Shown here: positions 11,094-23,972 of the stretch, piece after piece
Layout: each line of letters starts with the position of its first letter
Position numbering within the stretch: the first letter of the stretch is position 1
From: Podarcis pityusensis
Taxonomy: Eukaryota
Reading direction: 5' to 3' (one strand)
Length of the DNA stretch: 64,000 bases
NCBI GenBank assembly: GCA_964106645.2
Contig: OZ067041.1
Translations under genes and position numbers: made by a program
Notes under the pieces: generated by a model
Databases searched by the model: none
What the model was told of the DNA's origin: nothing
What the model saw: only the letters and a program-made list of their open reading frames with translations

Positions 11094-11602
11094 GACTAGG
11101 GATGGATCCCCTGCTTAATCTAGGACACCGCCCCCACCCCCGGAAGCTTCAACTTAAATACCTCCAGCAGTGAGCCCACCATCTCCTGAGGCAATCTGTT
11201 CCACTTGAAGTGGGGAAACAGCAAGCAGGGAAAGGGTTAAACTTCCACTCACATGCACACACGTTTCTGTTCCTAACTGACCCATCTGTGGTAGCTTTCC
11301 GTGTGAAAAAAGAGAATTGTTGGGCTGCCATTAGATACATTTGCAGGTAATATGTAGTTTGGCATGGATACAGTGATTCAAAGCTTTTGGTCTCCGCAGA
11401 ATAATTTCAGGATTAAAGAAAGCATCTGCAGAATTTCACATTTCTCCGGAAGAGGACCATGAATTACTAGCCAACTCTGAAATGACCTTTTCTCCTTGGC
11501 ATGGGTAATGGTTTCTGTGGCAGCAGGCAAGATATGAAGTCACTATTAAGTCTTTCCAAGGACCATAGGAAGCCTATCTGCTGGGAATAGAAGATCTCCT
11601 AC

Positions 11603-11809
11603 CTTTCTCTAGTCCTGCAATTTCCACAGAGAGACGAGAAGGGTGGATGTCACTTGTGGCCAGCACCCAGTCCCCCATCTTCTTCAGTTTCTTATATTCT
11701 ACTCGGAATGACTGAATGGGGAAGCCTCCATTTCCACGGGGGATCCAAGTCACATAGACAGATGTCTCAGATGCCATTGAGATGGTGGGGCGATCTGGAG
11801 CCTCGGGAG
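11603..11809 (-). CDS. BOC: BOC coding exon 10 (FNIII-2)
   Basis: ccttacag|CTCCCG...AGAAAG|gtagga; [40 protein letters not shown]...GLEK; 207 nt. Confidence 0.96.
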
Positions 11810-12159
11810 CTGTAAGGAAAAGAAGAATAACATTAGCAGAGATACAACCAGTTTTAGATTGGGAAAGCTGGGCTGTAGGGAACTTTCCTTGCAAGATGAA
11901 ATAGTGTGCTAGAGAGAGGGAGAAAACAATTGGAGACGGGGAGAGAAAAGGTGCTCTTGCTACCATGGTATATATTTTTATATTGTAAACCACCCTATGA
12001 TCCTTGGATGAAGGTCAGTATAGAAATTTAATAAATAATAATAATAAAGGTGCGCACACGGACAAGTTGGACTCGGTAAAAAGTGTCCTCTTGAAATTGC
12101 ATATTTTTTCAAGGCTCCTCCCACCGCAACAATCATAATCAAATCACTATTTGTTGAAG

Positions 12160-12470
12160 TGTTGCATGGAGCGTGGAGCAGGCTTGTTTTCTCCTGCTCC
12201 AGCGGGTAGGACCTGAACCAATGGCTTCAAGTTACAAGGAAGGAGATTCTGACTAAACATCAGGAAGAACTTTCTGACAGTAAGAACTGTTTGACAGTGG
12301 AACAGACTCCCTCAGAAGGTGGTGGACTCTCCTTCCTTAGAGGCTTCTAAGCAGAGGCTGGATGACCATCTGTCATCAATGCTTTAGTTCAGATTCCTGC
12401 ATTACAGGGGATTGTACTAGGTGACCCTCAGGGTCCCTTCCAACTCTACAATTCCACGATTCTATGATTC
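12160..12470 (+). mobile_element. CR1 LINE 3' fragment
   Basis: End-of-ORF2-like segment (NGFKLQ...NIRKNFLTVR...WNRLP..VVDSPSLE) plus GGTCCCTTCCAACTC and an (ATTCTATG)-type tail. Confidence 0.88.
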
Positions 12471-12723
12471 GCTCACTATCATATTACTAGACCGTTTGTC
12501 TGATAGGTGCTTGTTGCCAGTAAAACAGACTTTGAAGAGCAACATGGCCTAATAAGGACTAGACAGAAGCAGCAGAGATAAGCAAACTCCCTTCCTGTTG
12601 CTTGTGCCAGGCTTGTCTTTTTCTCATTCACACCACCATCTTTCCCAGCTCTCCTCCCCCAAGAATAATCAGACTTCTAGAGCCACAAAACCCTTTCTGC
12701 CGCAAGTCTGAAAATGGCCTTAC

Positions 12724-12834
12724 GGGACAGGCGTGTGTTGTCGGATTGGTTGCTGCTCCGAGAGCTGGTGCCAGGGTCATCCTTCTGAATCTGCTGCTCT
12801 TTGCTGGCTATGATATCTGGTTTGGGTCGACGTC
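12724..12834 (-). CDS. BOC: BOC coding exon 9 (FNIII-1/2 linker)
   Basis: ttgcttag|GACGTC...TGTCCC|gtaagg; (G)RRPKPDIIASKEQQIQKDDPG...TRLS; 111 nt. Confidence 0.95.
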
Positions 12835-12960
12835 CTAAGCAAGACAAAAATAGCAAAGATGGCATGAGATAAACTTTTAGTGTCTTATTGCTCTGAATGA
12901 TAAACTTCACCAACATTCTGTGGTGGCTTACATTCCATGGATGTAACTGCGTCTTATTAA

Positions 12961-12993
<33 letters not shown>

Positions 12994-13075
12994 AAGCAAA
13001 TTTCTAAATGACAAAGCCTTCAGCATCAGGAGAAGGAGAGAATTTACAACTCATGGGAAAGTACTACATCTTTAC

Positions 13076-13235
13076 CGGTCCTGAAGGTCACCATTGCTGT
13101 CTGCCCCTCTCCAGCGCAGTTGTAGGCAGACATCTCCACCTCATACAAACTTCCTGGGTCCAGTTTTATTAGAGTCAGATGATGCTGGTTGGCAGGGACA
13201 TCCCTGACTGTCCAGCTGTCTGAAGAATTCATTAC
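13076..13235 (-). CDS. BOC: BOC coding exon 8 (FNIII-1)
   Basis: ttcaacag|GTAATG...GGACCG|gtaaag; VMNSSDSW...LDPGSLYEVEMSAYNCAGEGQTAMVTFRT; 160 nt. Confidence 0.95.
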
Positions 13236-13346
13236 CTGTTGAAGGACAAGGAACAAGCACACCTATGAGTGGATTCAATTGCCTTCACCTTATTACGGAT
13301 AAAAGGGCTATTGAGCATTTTTAGCCAAAGCCAGATCTAAATAAAC

Positions 13347-13680
13347 TTGTTGCTGGCATCTGTTTGTCTTGAGAGACAATAGAGTGCAGGGATGAAGTCA
13401 AACTGCTGTGTTAGCAGCACCAAAGTGAACTCCCCAGGGCACAAGCAAGTACGGAGGTCCTGGGCTGTCCAGATGACAAGACCCCTGCTCTCTCAGCCTT
13501 GCTGATGTGGTCCAAAGGAAAGCAGAGCAATATGTCTGACACCACCTTGGCACCAGGAGTTGTTGGAAGGAGGCATACAAGGCTCCACCCAACCATGTTA
13601 GGAACTACTTTGGATTTTTGTTCGGTGTACTCCTTAACCGTTTTCTCCCAAAGATATCCCACAAGGCAGCAAAGGTTTAG
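13347..13680. repeat. Probable interspersed repeat, class unresolved
   Basis: Recognised from memory as resembling an abundant lizard repeat; single copy in the window, no TIR or TSD resolved. Confidence 0.4.
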
Positions 13681-16041
13681 GATCAGAGTTTTCCTTCTCT
13701 TAGATGGGCTACTTTTCCAGGCTGATAAGCCCCATCTGCTCCTCACTACAGCACATGCAGAAATAAAGCCTAAGGAAATGCAACTGAAACAAGTGCATTA
13801 TTGCTTCATTTTTAAACCCATTTCTCCTTTCCTCCCCTTCCTTTATGTTTTTCCCAGTGTAAATTTTAGATTGTCTTGTATTCTGCAAAGTGTCATGCAT
13901 ACTGACAAGAGCAGTTTGGATTTGAGTAGTAATGACAACAGCAAGAATGCTATGACAAGTAAATTCTCAGAAGCATTAAGCTACTTTGCAGCATGATCTT
14001 ATTAAATTGATGCCACTCAGAGGAACCCCTTTATAATTCCATGTTGTAACAGAAACTCCTGCTAATAGCAATTGAGAATTATAAAATAAAATTGTTTAAA
14101 CATGTGTGCTGCATATAGAAAATAATCACTGGCGAACTGGTATGAGATAACATAGGAATAAAGTAACACCGGAAGCTGCCTGTTATCTAGCTCATAACGG
14201 TTTCTGGGAACTACAGAACCTGGAACCTTTTGCATGCAATACAAATACTTGATTACTGAACTACAGCCCTTATATCTAAGTAGAAGAAGATGAAGATTAT
14301 TAGCTATTCCCCAGTCCAAAAATAACCATATGACAATGAAAGAAAAGTCAGCTGCAGAGCTGTATCATCAAGAATTAGAGGGGGCAAATCAACACCCTCA
14401 AGGGAGAGAACTCCAATGTCTACTTAGCAGCTGCAAGCTACACAGGTTGTGCATCTGTGCATTTACCAAACAGTTACAGGTTGTATCCAACTGCGTCCCT
14501 CCACTCACTGCAGGCTCTTAGTTCCAGTGAAAGTTTCCGTGAATGTGACAAAGAGGGAGGCATTTTTTTACAAATACCCCCTTTGTCTGGAGCAGATTGG
14601 GCGGCGGGCACATAGGGGACCGGAAAAGGATGAGGAATCGCTGAAAACTATCATCCTCACATTCCACTGGTGAAAGGCACTTATAGGCTACAGTGCCTTC
14701 TTTGAATTGGAAACAACCCTACAATTTTGTCCTAAAAAAGAAAACGGACCATCTTATTTTGCCTCCAATAGGAAAATGAGACCATGCCATATTTATCACA
14801 GATAGTTGTGGACAAACCTGCAATCTGAAATGAGCAGAACTACTCGTCTACTGGCAAATGTCTGAATTCTGGTATTTGATACCCACTGCTACTAATTGCC
14901 TCAATCAATTGACATATGAGGTAGGTACCACTTCTCCATTCACCACTATTCCCATCCCCCAAGGGCTATGTAATCACAATGTTATAATTTGTGCTGTGGA
15001 TGTATTGAACAAAGCTGCACAGGGTTAACGAGTTTTTAGTGCTATCTTTAGTTAAAAGATTTCTAAGCAGTCCAGGTTATTTAGTTAGCACATGTAGTAC
15101 ATGTGGGCACTCCATAAACTGGATGGTATCCAATGCAGAATACATCCACTGAAATAAATTAACATTACTTAGTTCTCTCCATTGTTTTCCATAAGTCATA
15201 TCTGAGTATGACTTAGCTGGATAAAACTCTCTGAAATGCACTTACACCTCAAGTAAACACATGTCAGAATAGATTTATTGAAATGAGCCATGATATAATC
15301 ATGTTTATTCAGAATTTGGCTAAACCCAGCATCTCCTTTACATAAAGCCCATTTCAGGGTGTCTGTCTGGTTACCAGCCACGCAAATGAAAGTGATAGCA
15401 GGGTTAACAGGAACAGTTTCCTCCTGTAAAGTCCTTTAAGATACAAGAAAGAATCTCCAGCTGAGAATTTGCTCCGTGCTGGAAACATGTTAGTCCTAAG
15501 TGCAGTGACCCATGGTGACTCCCTCTGACCCAAGAGCCTTCCAGGTGAAGCAACTGAAAAAAGAGAGACCACAACCAACGAACAATGCAAGGAAGGTACA
15601 TGCAGCAAGCTAAGATACCATGAGGGTCTGGAATCATTACTTTACGGGAATCTGTCTTATGATAAGGATAAGTTCATCAAAAGAGGAGGGAGGGTAGTGG
15701 GAGAGGGAAGAAATGCCCCAGACTAAGTAAAGTATATGTATAATCCCAGGGTTATGTGCATCCTGGGTTTGCCCCTGTTCACTGATACATACATCTCTGC
15801 AGTTCTCTCTCCCATGCTGATCTCAAACTTGCACTAAAGCACCCACTTCCTTATGCCTGTTCCTTATGCTGCTATCACTCACTGACATTCAGAGACCGCA
15901 CACAGGACAAATATCCTGCCCATCCAAAAGATGGGCTGCTGCTACCTAAACTGGCAAGAAAGTGTAAGCGATACAGAGCTTTCCAGATAAACTGTAATTC
16001 AGCATCATTATCAGAAATCAGTTAAAAAGGAATGTGCTAAC

Positions 16042-16340
16042 CTTGCGATGTTTTACAACATAGTAGAGGACTGGGGCTTTGCCATCATGCCGTGGTTTCC
16101 ACAACAGCTCATATGAATCCGTTTTAGTAGTCCGGGGAGAGCTAAGGATGACTGGGGCCTCAGCTGGAGACACCAACTCTTTGGTAGTACATTGAACAGA
16201 CACGGATGGTGTCGTGGGCCTGGGTCTTAGAAAATTTGCTTTGTCTTTCAGCATTTTTTCACTATTGCTAAGCAGGGTAGGTGACAAGGCAGACTGAGCT
16301 GAATTAGCAACAGAACCTCGCTGTGGCTTCAGAGTTGTTC
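16042..16340 (-). CDS. BOC: BOC coding exon 7 (Ig4-FNIII linker, FNIII-1 start)
   Basis: ccttctag|GAACAA...CGCAAG|gttagc; ...SPAEAPVILSSPRTTKTDSYELLWKPRHDGKAPVLYYVVKHRK; 299 nt. Confidence 0.95.
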
Positions 16341-16450
16341 CTAGAAGGCAAGAGACATGATTTGAACAAATGCTGGAGCACTGAACTGATAAAACTGATA
16401 CCCACTGTCTTAAAACTGATACCCACTTACTCCCAACTATCAGGAAAAGG

Positions 16451-16454
<4 letters not shown>

Positions 16455-16484
<30 letters not shown>
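16455..16484. repeat. (GT)n microsatellite
   Basis: About 15 GT units. Confidence 0.95.
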
Positions 16485-16487
<3 letters not shown>

Positions 16488-16799
16488 CTAGCTTATTAGG
16501 GTTTTCTTAGCACTGCAGTAGAATAACACCCAGCAAGTCGGGTAAGTTTCCATTCCTGCATTGTGTCTCCCACGGCTATAAACTACTACGTGAGACTTCA
16601 GTTGGCTTTAGGCTTCTTCCTTTTAACTTAACAAGCCTAATTTTTTCATAGGCTTTTGGCTTCTTTAGAAGATAGAAAGTCTGCTTTAGGTAGCCAGAGG
16701 GGAAGTTCTAAGCACCTGGGATTTTGGTGCACTAGGCATCAGCCTACTCTTGTCTACACAAAATCCAAATGCTGTCTCAGTGACAGCAATGAGAGCATC

Positions 16800-17151
16800 T
16801 TGGCTGTGAGTCCTGGAAGACCTGCTCCCTGCCCTGCAGGCCTTTTCCCACTTGGCCTGGGAGGGTGGGGCCCAGACTGACTCCAGCTACAAAAGCTCTT
16901 GGGCTGGGGCACTGTTTAGGGGGGTTTATTTTGGGGGGAATTGTTGCTGTTGGTTTTTTGTATTTTTATTTTAGATCTTGTTGCAATTTCTGTGGAAAGT
17001 GTTCAGTTTGGTTCTGTCTGTTTAATTTTTTTATTGTTTATGTTGTAGTTTTATATTTTGTTCATGTTGTAACCTGCCTTGAGCATGGTTTGAACTGTGG
17101 AAGAGTGGCATACAAATAAAGTTATGTATGTATGTATGTATGTATGTATGT
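16800..17151 (+). mobile_element. Retroposon 3' end with (TATG)n tail
   Basis: Clear similarity to 46690-46990 (CTGCTCCCTGCC...GCCTTTTCCCAC...TCCAGCT...GCATACAAATAAA), ending in a simple-repeat tail. Confidence 0.7.
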
Positions 17152-17740
17152 TAACCATTCATTAAATTCCAAGTACATCTGACTCAGTCCCTTTACAAAT
17201 TATGTCCTCGGAGAATTTTAATTTGTGTAGTTTTATTTTGACAGAGAATGGGGTTTTTAATGAACAAACAATAGAGAAAGAGTGGTGTCAGAAAAGAGAC
17301 ATCTGTCATGTTTGTCACAATCACCTATTTTATCACTTCAACACTGAATTTTTACAAATATTTTGTCATTTCGATTTTTGTAAGCTGCTTTTAGCGTTGC
17401 TATTGCAGCTGAAGTGTGGAGGGTAATTCAGACACTTAATACATATGTAAATGGACAGATAAAGATTTAAGAAGCTCAGTCCATGAAACAGAGCTATGCA
17501 GGGAAAGCAACTTTCCCCCTAAGTACTGAGGGACCCACTCAAGATACAACCTGCATGTGTTCAGGTTCATTTCTCCAATACTCTGAAAGCCACACATCTG
17601 AGAAGTAGGAATCTCAGGAAGTTCCTTTCCAGATCAGAAACTAACTTGAGCTGCATGACTTAGCATAAACAGAGAATGAGCAGCCCCATGTATAGACAGA
17701 TACACCCCTAATACTAATAAAAATGAGATACTATTTAGGT

Positions 17741-17862
17741 AAGTTTTTAATGTTTAATGCTGTATTGTATTTTTAATATTCAGTTGGGAGCTGCCCAGAG
17801 TGGCTGGGGAAACCCAACCAGATGGGTGGGGTATAAATAACAACAACAACAACATTATTATT
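17741..17862 (+). mobile_element. LINE-type 3' end fragment
   Basis: GCTGCCCAGAGTGGCTGGGGAAACCC...GGGGTATAAAT plus AAC/ATT tail; inverted homolog at 35324-35460. Confidence 0.75.
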
Positions 17863-17947
17863 ATACTTACTTTTGCTGTTCAAAGTGCTTTACAATTCTT
17901 ATTTCATTATCCCTATATGAACCTTTTGAACTTCACTTTGGACTTAC

Positions 17948-18220
17948 CAGGCCCAGTAGTCCTCAGCTGAACCATAGCCTGTGCACTCCCAACTTCATTC
18001 TCTGCCATGCACTGATATATCCCTTCATCCTCAGGCCCCACACTGGAGACACGTAGGGCCTTGCGAGAGAGTTGCATTCGGTGGCTGGAGAAGAGAGGAA
18101 CTGCATTACGCAGCCACACAACTGATGGCTGGGGGTTCCCCCGAACCTTGCAGGTGAACTTTGCACTTTGTCCCCATGAGATGATCTGCTGAGATAGTTC
18201 CATGACAACCTCCGGGGGTT
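17948..18220 (-). CDS. BOC: BOC coding exon 6 (Ig4)
   Basis: cttttcag|AACCCC...GGCCTG|gtaagt; FTCKVRGNPQPSVVWLRN...EDEGIYQCMAENEVG; 273 nt. Confidence 0.97.
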
Positions 18221-18432
18221 CTGAAAAGGAAATAGAGTTACAATTCAGGTGTGAGAACGACCATTCACCTCTGAAACAGGCAGAACTGAAATATTTGTAG
18301 CTATCCTCCTACGTTGCTGTGTTATAAACGGGGTTATGAAGACAGCAATACCCAAACCCATTTATTCTTGTGCACAGCCATTTAGTGTCCTTTAAGTAGA
18401 TCCTTCACGTATTTCAAAAGTAATCTTTCGGA

Positions 18433-18537
18433 GATCATAGAATAACAGAATCTTACGAGTTGGAAGGGACCCAAGGGTCATCTAGTCCAACCTCCTGCAA
18501 TGCAGGAATCTCAGCTAAAGCGTCCATGACAGATGGG
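18433..18537 (-). mobile_element. CR1 3' terminal fragment
   Basis: Reverse complement matches 12367-12470 (GATTCCTGCATT...GGTCCCTTCCAACTC...ATTCTATGAT). Confidence 0.85.
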
Positions 18538-19364
18538 CAGTCACTATGCTCTTTTACGACCACAGGCTCTAGACCAGAAAACTAATGGACCTCTCCATTA
18601 ATTAAATCTCTTCCAAGAGCTCCCTGATACAGGTTCTTGAGCAAAGGACCTAGGTAAAACCTTCATGTGTTGAATTCTGTAAATCAACACCTTCAAGAAC
18701 AATTGCCTGTTTTGTGTATTTCTTTTATATGTATGTACACCAGGTAATCCTATCAAATTGGGCTTATTATGCAGGTAGATGAAGCAGCCTTCTTGATTGG
18801 CCAGGGACTACCTAGCCTGCATTAGCTTATAGCCCAGACATTTATTTCCTTTAAAAAGGAAATGCCTCTGTCTTTTTGCTTGATCATTAAGCTTGGTGTA
18901 CTATATGTTGATATCTCTTTAATTTCTTTGTGAGAGACTCAAAGGACCAAATTCACCCAAGGATCTTTAAATTACAGTTCAGCTAAAAGCACATGACTGC
19001 TTTTCACAGCACATTCCATCTAGCTTAGAACATTTTTAGTTACTGAATACAATTTTCTGTCTTTTGATTATATTTATGCGTGTGCGCCTAGAATTACTGT
19101 GCCTCAATAAATAACTCGGTTTTAATCCTCTGGCTCTTTTTTGGAAAGTCAAAGCTTTGGCTCTGCCCTCAAAGCTTACTTAGGCAGTTATTAGGAGTTA
19201 GGCCCCCGAGTGAAATCTAAGCTGGAGGAACTTTGCTTGTGAGCATTAAATTTCACCTCAAAAACAGTTCTGAAATATATGACTATGTGAGCAGTCTCCA
19301 GACCATAGTTATAGCTGCTGGGTCTAACAGGAGAGGAGAGGGAGGAAAATGAAGTTGTACTCAC

Positions 19365-19658
19365 CAAACACTTGAACATTGTAGAGAATGAATGCTGCTG
19401 CAGCCTCCCCCATGCCATTGTCAGCCATACAGCTGTAGGTCCCCGAGTCTTCCTCACTGATTGCATCAATTAGGAGATTGCTGAGAAGGAATCGAGTCTT
19501 GTTGTAGCCAGAGACATTGGAGCCATCCTTAGCCCACGTGACACGTGGAGGTGGAATCCCACTAGCCACGCATTCAAGGATTAGAGTTTGACCCTTAGTG
19601 ACAATGATGGTCTGAGCCTCTGGGGGATAAATTATGCGAGCTGCCTCAGCTGTGGAAC
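19365..19658 (-). CDS. BOC: BOC coding exon 5 (Ig3)
   Basis: ggcactag|GTTCCA...TGTTTG|gtgagt; LILECVASGIPPPRVTWAKDG...EEDSGTYSCMADNG; 294 nt. Confidence 0.97.
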
Positions 19659-20077
19659 CTAGTGCCAAGAGAGAAATCAGTGAAACAAAAGTAAGACAGT
19701 CTTGTAGAACAGGACAAGATGCACTATGTGAGCAGAAAAGCCTATTGGGGCGAAAAAGCCACTAAACAGGAAGTTTCACCAACTGGAATTTCACCAACTC
19801 TGCCATCAACAACTTCATCACTCCATATATAATACCAAAAGCAACAGAAAATGTACAATGAAGCCTTATGCTTGTGAGAAAAGCTTCTGCTACCTGCACT
19901 GCAAGAGGATACTTTGAATTTAACACTCCTGTATAGAAAGCAAGCTCTCAAATATGAAGGGCTTGTGTAAAACATGCAGCTTAAAAGGACTGCATTTGGT
20001 GGCACCAGCAAAATGGGACCACCACCTTAAGACAACCTGAAGCCAGTGAACCCAAATATTTGGAAGAAGCGACTTAC

Positions 20078-20221
20078 GTCTCACACGGAGTTTCTCGCTA
20101 GACACAGATGTTTTTACTTCCTGGGTGATAGGGTTGTAGGCCGCACATTTGTAAGTTCCCTCGTCGTCTTGGCTTGCATTGACTATCTGAAGATTCCCAG
20201 ACGGCATGATCAGATAGTTAT
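20078..20221 (-). CDS. BOC: BOC coding exon 4 (Ig2 C-half)
   Basis: cttaacag|ATAACT...TGAGAC|gtaagt; NYLIMPSGNLQIVNASQDDEGTYKCAAYNP; 144 nt. Confidence 0.97.
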
Positions 20222-20808
20222 CTGTTAAGATAAAGGAGCAAGAGATTCCTAAGGCAGGGAACATCCGTATTATACAATTTCTAGTACACTGTAAACACAA
20301 AAGGAACATTATTGAGTAATAATAAGAGGAGCAGAAGAAATTTCCAGCTAAGATTGAGAGAAAGAAAATGGTGAGTGGTTGGAAGAATGGAATAAAAAGA
20401 TTGAGTAAAAAAAATAAAAATCAGCTTTAATTCTCATGGCAAACCTGGTATGATAATTAGGACACCATTTGGTTTTATTATGAAAATAAGGGATTCACTC
20501 ATCCTCCCAGCACTTCCCAGCTTTCAAATATTTCTTTCACAGGTATATTTTTAGTGCTTCAAGAAAGTTACAGGACAGTCAAGAAATTGCTCCTGGGTGA
20601 GGACCGAAATGTGGAGTCATGAAAGACTATGTCTACTATACAGAAAGCCATAGCCCTTAAGAGAACTCAGAAAAATGATTGTACAGATCAGCCCAAAAGG
20701 CACAGTCAGAAGGTGTAAGGAGGGGTAAAAATTGACTAGAAGGTAAGTGAGATATAAAGCAGACACCAATTCCAGTTTCTCTTCCTTCATAAGTCAGTCA
20801 CAGCTCAC

Positions 20809-20955
20809 CTCTGGAGACCTCCAGCCATTCATGTTTCACACTGTAGCGAACCTGGGCCTTTGGGTGGCTTTCAGGAAGATCACAGGCAATTACGGCTGTA
20901 TTTCCCTCATCAACTTCTATCACATGCTGGCCATCGTATTTGAAGTCTTTGAGAT
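20809..20955 (-). CDS. BOC: BOC coding exon 3 (Ig2 N-half)
   Basis: ttaaacag|ATCTCA...CCAGAG|gtgagc; LKDFKYDGQHVIEVDEGNTAVIACDLPESHPKAQVRYSVKHEWLEVSR; 147 nt; this frame is not in the ORF track. Confidence 0.96.
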
Positions 20956-23900
20956 CTGTTTAAGAGGATAGCAACAGGATCTGTTAAAAGCTGAACTGCT
21001 GGGCTTTACACATGGGAGAAAAGTAAAAGTGGTGGACAATGTAAGTAGATTAAAAAGAATCACAAGGGAGGGGGGTCTCAAGGATTTGCATTTATTACAA
21101 ACTGAGGAAGCTTATATCCTTTCCATTAGATTATATCACAATCTCATGTACTGTTGAAAAACTCCAAGAACCATAGCATATGCAGGTGTCTCAAATATGA
21201 CCATTTCTTATGCCCCAACTGCTCGTTCTTTCCTAACCTCCTAATCCTAAACCTAGAAATAAAGAACAACCTGCATGCTGGAAGGTAATATGGGGTTCTA
21301 AGCTCTCCATTTCCTTTGCAATACTGTACTATTGTGGAGTGCTCACTTGTAAGAAGTGCAGGCGGACAAGAGGAGGGAACTTAATCTTCGCTCTCTCCAC
21401 TCCCACCTTCCACATTCAGTCCAGCAAATTCCCCTACAAAATGTCAAGTTATAAATATTTTTCTTTAGCTGGGCTCCACAACAAGCCTAGGCAGGAGAAA
21501 CATGGCCTGGGTGGGATGTTTTCAGGATAGAAATTGGATGCACAGGAGGAGTTACGCCACCCTGCCATCTGTCTTCCAATCTCCCCTTTGCAAATAGCTC
21601 CAATATTCCCATCACCTTGACAATATGTGGGTAGGACGACGCTTTTGCCAATGTGACACCTAGTTCACTGATATCAATAGGATTTACATGCAAGTGTGCT
21701 TGAGAGTGCAGCCTTTGTGTCTCCAGGAGTCATTTGGGGAGTTTCCTGTAGGCATGGTCCTGTTTTCATGGAGTACAATGGATGTACGTATGCAGTTGCT
21801 GGGCAAAGGCAGTATGCCACTAAGCAAATCATAATGCCTCTGGATTGATTGATTGATTGATTGATTGACTTTTAATTGAAACAGATTGAACAGCCCAACT
21901 GATTTTTCACTTGTCATCTTCTGTTTTCTTTATTCTTATAACTATCTAATTTCTCTGCCACATCAAATAGGAGTGTAGACTAGAGCTGATCTCTTTTTTA
22001 AAAAGGTCAGCAGAATTGTTGAAATTATCCATTATGACCATATGATTTCCAAATACCTATCACATTGCTTTGCAAGGTAAAGCATTTATTATCTGGTGAA
22101 GCGCTTTTAGCATCCAAACACACATACACAAACAATCAATTTGCAATGGGGAGCTATGTGCTGGCAGAGTGATGCTAGTGTCACTCCATAGGTGGAGGCT
22201 GACACAGCTGTTCTGGCCTGGGCAGTGAGAGACCTCCATTCCTTACAACCTACCCCACAACAAGGCAAATCAGGCGGTTTGATTCTGCCCTAAACTGCTA
22301 GTGTGGGAAACAATCTAGGATATTCCATAAAAACTTAGCCCACTACCGCAAACCCCCCGGAACAGATAATTAGTTCTCAAAACAAACTGAGACGTTTATG
22401 AAGGAGGAGTCAGTTTCAAAGTGTATTACCATAACCATAATAAACAAGCTTAAAACTTCATTGTTGTTCAAAACAGAAACCCATACCAACAGGGAACAGT
22501 TATTCAGCTTTGTATGTTTGTAATCAAATTGTAATTGTTGAGAATACTTGTCCTAATGTTCTACTGTTATGAACCTTGAGAAAAAGAGAAATATAATGGG
22601 TTTTCAGATATACTTGCAAAATTAACATTAGAGAGCAAGAGAGAGAGAGAAAGGTTTCTTATTGAGGTCTACTTTGTCTGCTAAACTAGTTGGCTGCACT
22701 ATTCTCTGGGCTCTTAGGAGCAAAACAACCAACAAAGAGGTCCTTTAAAAGTGAGAATGAGTATACCAGATCAAGAGGGATGGATCAAGTTTCATCGGAG
22801 AAGGTATTTGACGTGACACCTGCCTTTGCTTGCCTGCCTGCCAGTACATTTGAGAAATCCATTAGGAGGGAATGTTTGCACAAGTTCTCACCACAACCAG
22901 CCAAAAAAACCCCAACAACCTCAGCCTTCCTTCTTCCTCTCTTCCCTGCTGTTTTCTCTATTACTGTGTCTGAACATTTCTTAACCATCTGCACAGATTT
23001 CAAGAATCAGGTGCCCAAAACTGAAACCTCTAATGAAGTTGTCATATAATAACAACTTTCTATTTCACTGGTTCTTGCTCTAGTAAACCCCTTTCCTTAT
23101 CTAGCAAAACATAATAGTATCTCAGAGATACAATGCCATCTTTACCAAGGACTTACAATGCAAAGTTCCGTGGGGCAATGCAATGAGGGCCTGAGTGACC
23201 TACATATAATGAGTGGTATTAGAACTGTGATTTCCAATGGTGAGGCAGGATCTACCAATATGTCATGGGTGTTTGAGAGTGGCTCGCTAGTTTGTTAGCA
23301 GGTACTGAGGACTCCAAAGCAGAAAACAGTTAAAGGGGACTCCAGTTCTGGGTATGGGATTACAATTATCAAGTGAGTCACAGACATAGACCACTGCCAG
23401 TGAACTCCCTTGATCAAATGTCTTGATCACTATTTCGAAGTCCAGGTTATTCCAGAAATAGGAATAATTTTCTAAGCCCATATGAAATCCAAAGGGCCTT
23501 TGTTTGATACATATTACATCTCCTAATGATAAAACATGCACAAAATAACTATTATGTTTGGAAATATCAAGATGAACTACTGAAGCCTTTGCCCACAGCA
23601 CACCTTCTTGGAATGCCTTTAGTGTAGCATGATTGTTGTGGCAAACATATGCTTCAACCCAGTAGCTATGTGGGATCCTGTTAATCTGGCTTTAATTAAA
23701 GAACTCACACCTAGTCCTCATGGTTTCTTGTAGTGCTATCTTCCTCAAACTGCCAAGCCCTGAGTTAAAACAAATGCCCTCTCTTAGCAGTGGAACCTCA
23801 CTGATCCACATTGGGTTTGTGAGGTTGACAGCATCCTTTCTACCCCATCATCCCACTATGATATGGGAAAATAAGAGCTCAGAAGGAGATGCTTATGACT

Positions 23901-23972
23901 ATCCATCTGTGGCTTCAGTAGGGTGTCAGACATCTCCTGTTCTATTCCTTCCCTAAAGCTTGTGTGGAATTA

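Noticed and set aside
13499-13996. 165-aa plus-strand ORF
   Set aside because: Begins in an interspersed repeat, has no recognisable domain and is antisense intronic; consistent with chance.
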